A DNA stretch of 64,000 bases. Source: Podarcis muralis (taxonomy: Eukaryota). The DNA is taken from contig NC_135655.1 in NCBI RefSeq assembly GCF_964188315.1, positions 105,276,001 to 105,340,000 on the forward strand. Reading direction: 5' to 3'. The translations under genes and the position numbers were made by a program. Under the pieces are notes generated by a model. The model ran no database searches and was not told where the DNA came from. It saw nothing but the letters and a program-made list of their open reading frames with translations. Position 1 is the stretch's first letter; the number at the start of each line of letters is the position of its first letter. Positions 62,285 through 64,000 of the stretch are shown here, in pieces.

Positions 62285-62302
62285 CATGCCCTCTAGTGGC
62301 AA
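62285..62302 (-). promoter_or_regulatory. Candidate CTCF site (reverse)
   Basis: Minus strand ttgCCACTAGAGGGCAtg matches the CTCF core CCAC(C/T)AG(A/G)(G/T)GGC(A/G). Confidence 0.55.
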
Positions 62303-64000
62303 ACCACAGTTTAGAAAAATCAGCTGTTCAGTTGTTGTCTTTAATGAGGCAAGGCATTAACCCTCAGCATAATTATTACAGCACCCAAGTCTCACATCTG
62401 GGAGTTTCATCGTGGTGCTTTGCACCGCTCTCACTCCATCCCATGCTTACTCATGAATGCATGTAATTGAGTGCCTGCTCGACTGCTCTGGGGCTTTTCC
62501 CATAGTGCCTTCATGTGTTTAGCCGGTGCTAAGTATTAGTGACAGGGCATATCTGCATGTAATGTAAAATTCTGGGCTTCTTTGTTGCTTCAGCTGAAAA
62601 GCCGTGCTTCAAATGTACAGCCCTCAAGGATTCTTCTTCCTTGACGTTTATTTTTCTTAGCTATGGATCATTTGGCATGATCCTGGGCAATGTCACATTA
62701 CTTACATGTCAGGAAACTAGTTTCCTTCTGTAGTAAGTTATTTTAATACAGCGACCCAGTCTGTGTATCACATTGAAATACAGCATGCCAAGTTGATGTG
62801 TAAGCTATGCCTAATTGTGGAAAGTTTTAATTTTTTAACACAAAAAATGTGAACAAAGTGGAGAGGGTAAAAATGGCCTATCGGTGCTATTTGCTGCTGG
62901 TTTCCAGTATGCATTTTCTACCTATGGAACAGTGAAGGGTGATCAACTTTATTTTCGTTTCAGAGGTCAAAGCACCTAATGAGGAGGATGTTGCTCCCAG
63001 GAGTCCCATTGATACCAAAGTGTGAGGGCAGTATTCAAATAAATGATTGCACCTAGTGCAAGAATAAGTGCTAGCAGGAGAGGACTTCCCGTTCACATGT
63101 GGAACCCCCAAAACAGATTAGAGGGCAGGAGTTTTTAAGAATACTAAGGACTGCTGCCCCTGTTTGTTCCCCTCACCAAAAACCACCTTTAGAGCTCCCC
63201 CAAACCAACACCGTCTCCTTACAGTGTGCCTAACTCCCCCAACACTTAGAACTTAACCAAAAGCCTTTTACAGTCCCACCTCCCTGGCCATGTCAGAGAA
63301 GGGCAGGGAGGATCACAAAGGCTTAGACCTTCTTGTGCTGCCACAGCTGCCCAGCCAATTGGGATGAAAAATCGGTCCAGCAGGAGGAGGCGCACAGGAA
63401 GAAGAAAGGCTGCCGGAAACATTGGCCCAATTGGCCTGGGCATCAGCAACTACAGCAGTGCGTTACCCGGCTGCTTAGCCCCTGCTTCTGACTGCCTTTC
63501 TCATTCCTGTGCTCCTCTTCCTCCTGCCTGCCTGGCTTTTCATCCTAATCAGTCAGCTGGCGGCAGCAGCAGCAGCCAGGCAGGAGGAGGAAGGTGGCCA
63601 GTAGCACCAACGGCTGGCCTGAGGATCTGAATCATCTGATGTTCAGAGAATTAGTGCAGGGCAGGCATTGTAAGCCTTCCCACGCTCCACCTGTATCCAC
63701 CATAGCTGCATTTTAAAAATGCAGACTTCTTTCTTGGACTTCCCACAACAGCAGTGATGCTGGCAGCAGGGGCAGTGAAGGAGAAGAAGCAGCTTCCTTA
63801 CCCTCTTCATTCTTCTCCCCTATGCCAGTGGCAGCAGCCACGGGAGAGTGGAGGTGGGGACATTGGAAGGCTTACAATTCTCATTCTTTCAACCTTGGAC
63901 TCTTCCTACCTCATGCTGCTGCTATGGATCCAGAGGCTGGCTGGCCACCTCTTCTGGGTGCCTTCCCTTGTCTGCTTCCACCTTATGCTGCTGCCGCTGC

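Noticed and set aside
62887-63111. 74-aa minus-strand ORF with CTRC (CxxC)
   Set aside because: No second metal-binding pair, no supporting exon structure and no recognisable family.
1-64000. CRISPR arrays, operons or other prokaryote-type systems
   Set aside because: The sequence is a spliced vertebrate locus. All regular repeats are explained by microsatellites or transposon internals.

Overview
Vertebrate genomic DNA, almost certainly from a squamate and probably a lacertid lizard (inferred from Sauria SINE, Squam3, BovB and Rex1/Babar repeats). Bases 1-~29,000 hold the 3' part of PKP4 (plakophilin-4/p0071) on the + strand. I resolved 14 coding exons by hand, from 114 to the stop at 27915. 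They splice into one continuous frame of 2,240 nt (about 745 aa) covering the armadillo repeats and ending in the PDZ-binding motif DSWV. Two of the 13 introns need non-canonical GC donors. The remaining ~35 kb is intergenic: no further protein-coding gene was recognisable, only transposon remnants, microsatellites, candidate enhancers and two convergent CTCF-like sites. There is a 133-nt N gap at 9507-9639. I found no evidence of a novel multi-gene system. The best leads are: (i) a candidate alternative terminal/poison exon in the last PKP4 intron that would remove the PDZ ligand; (ii) unusual retroposition and nesting events (a 3'-truncated SINE with a perfect TSD, a hAT MITE inserted at a SINE tail/TSD junction, SINEs with different tRNA heads on one CR1-type tail); (iii) a Tc2-like MITE carrying a double-hairpin minisatellite; (iv) a perfect 29-bp palindrome. 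Family names rest on my recall of consensus sequences, not on database searches.
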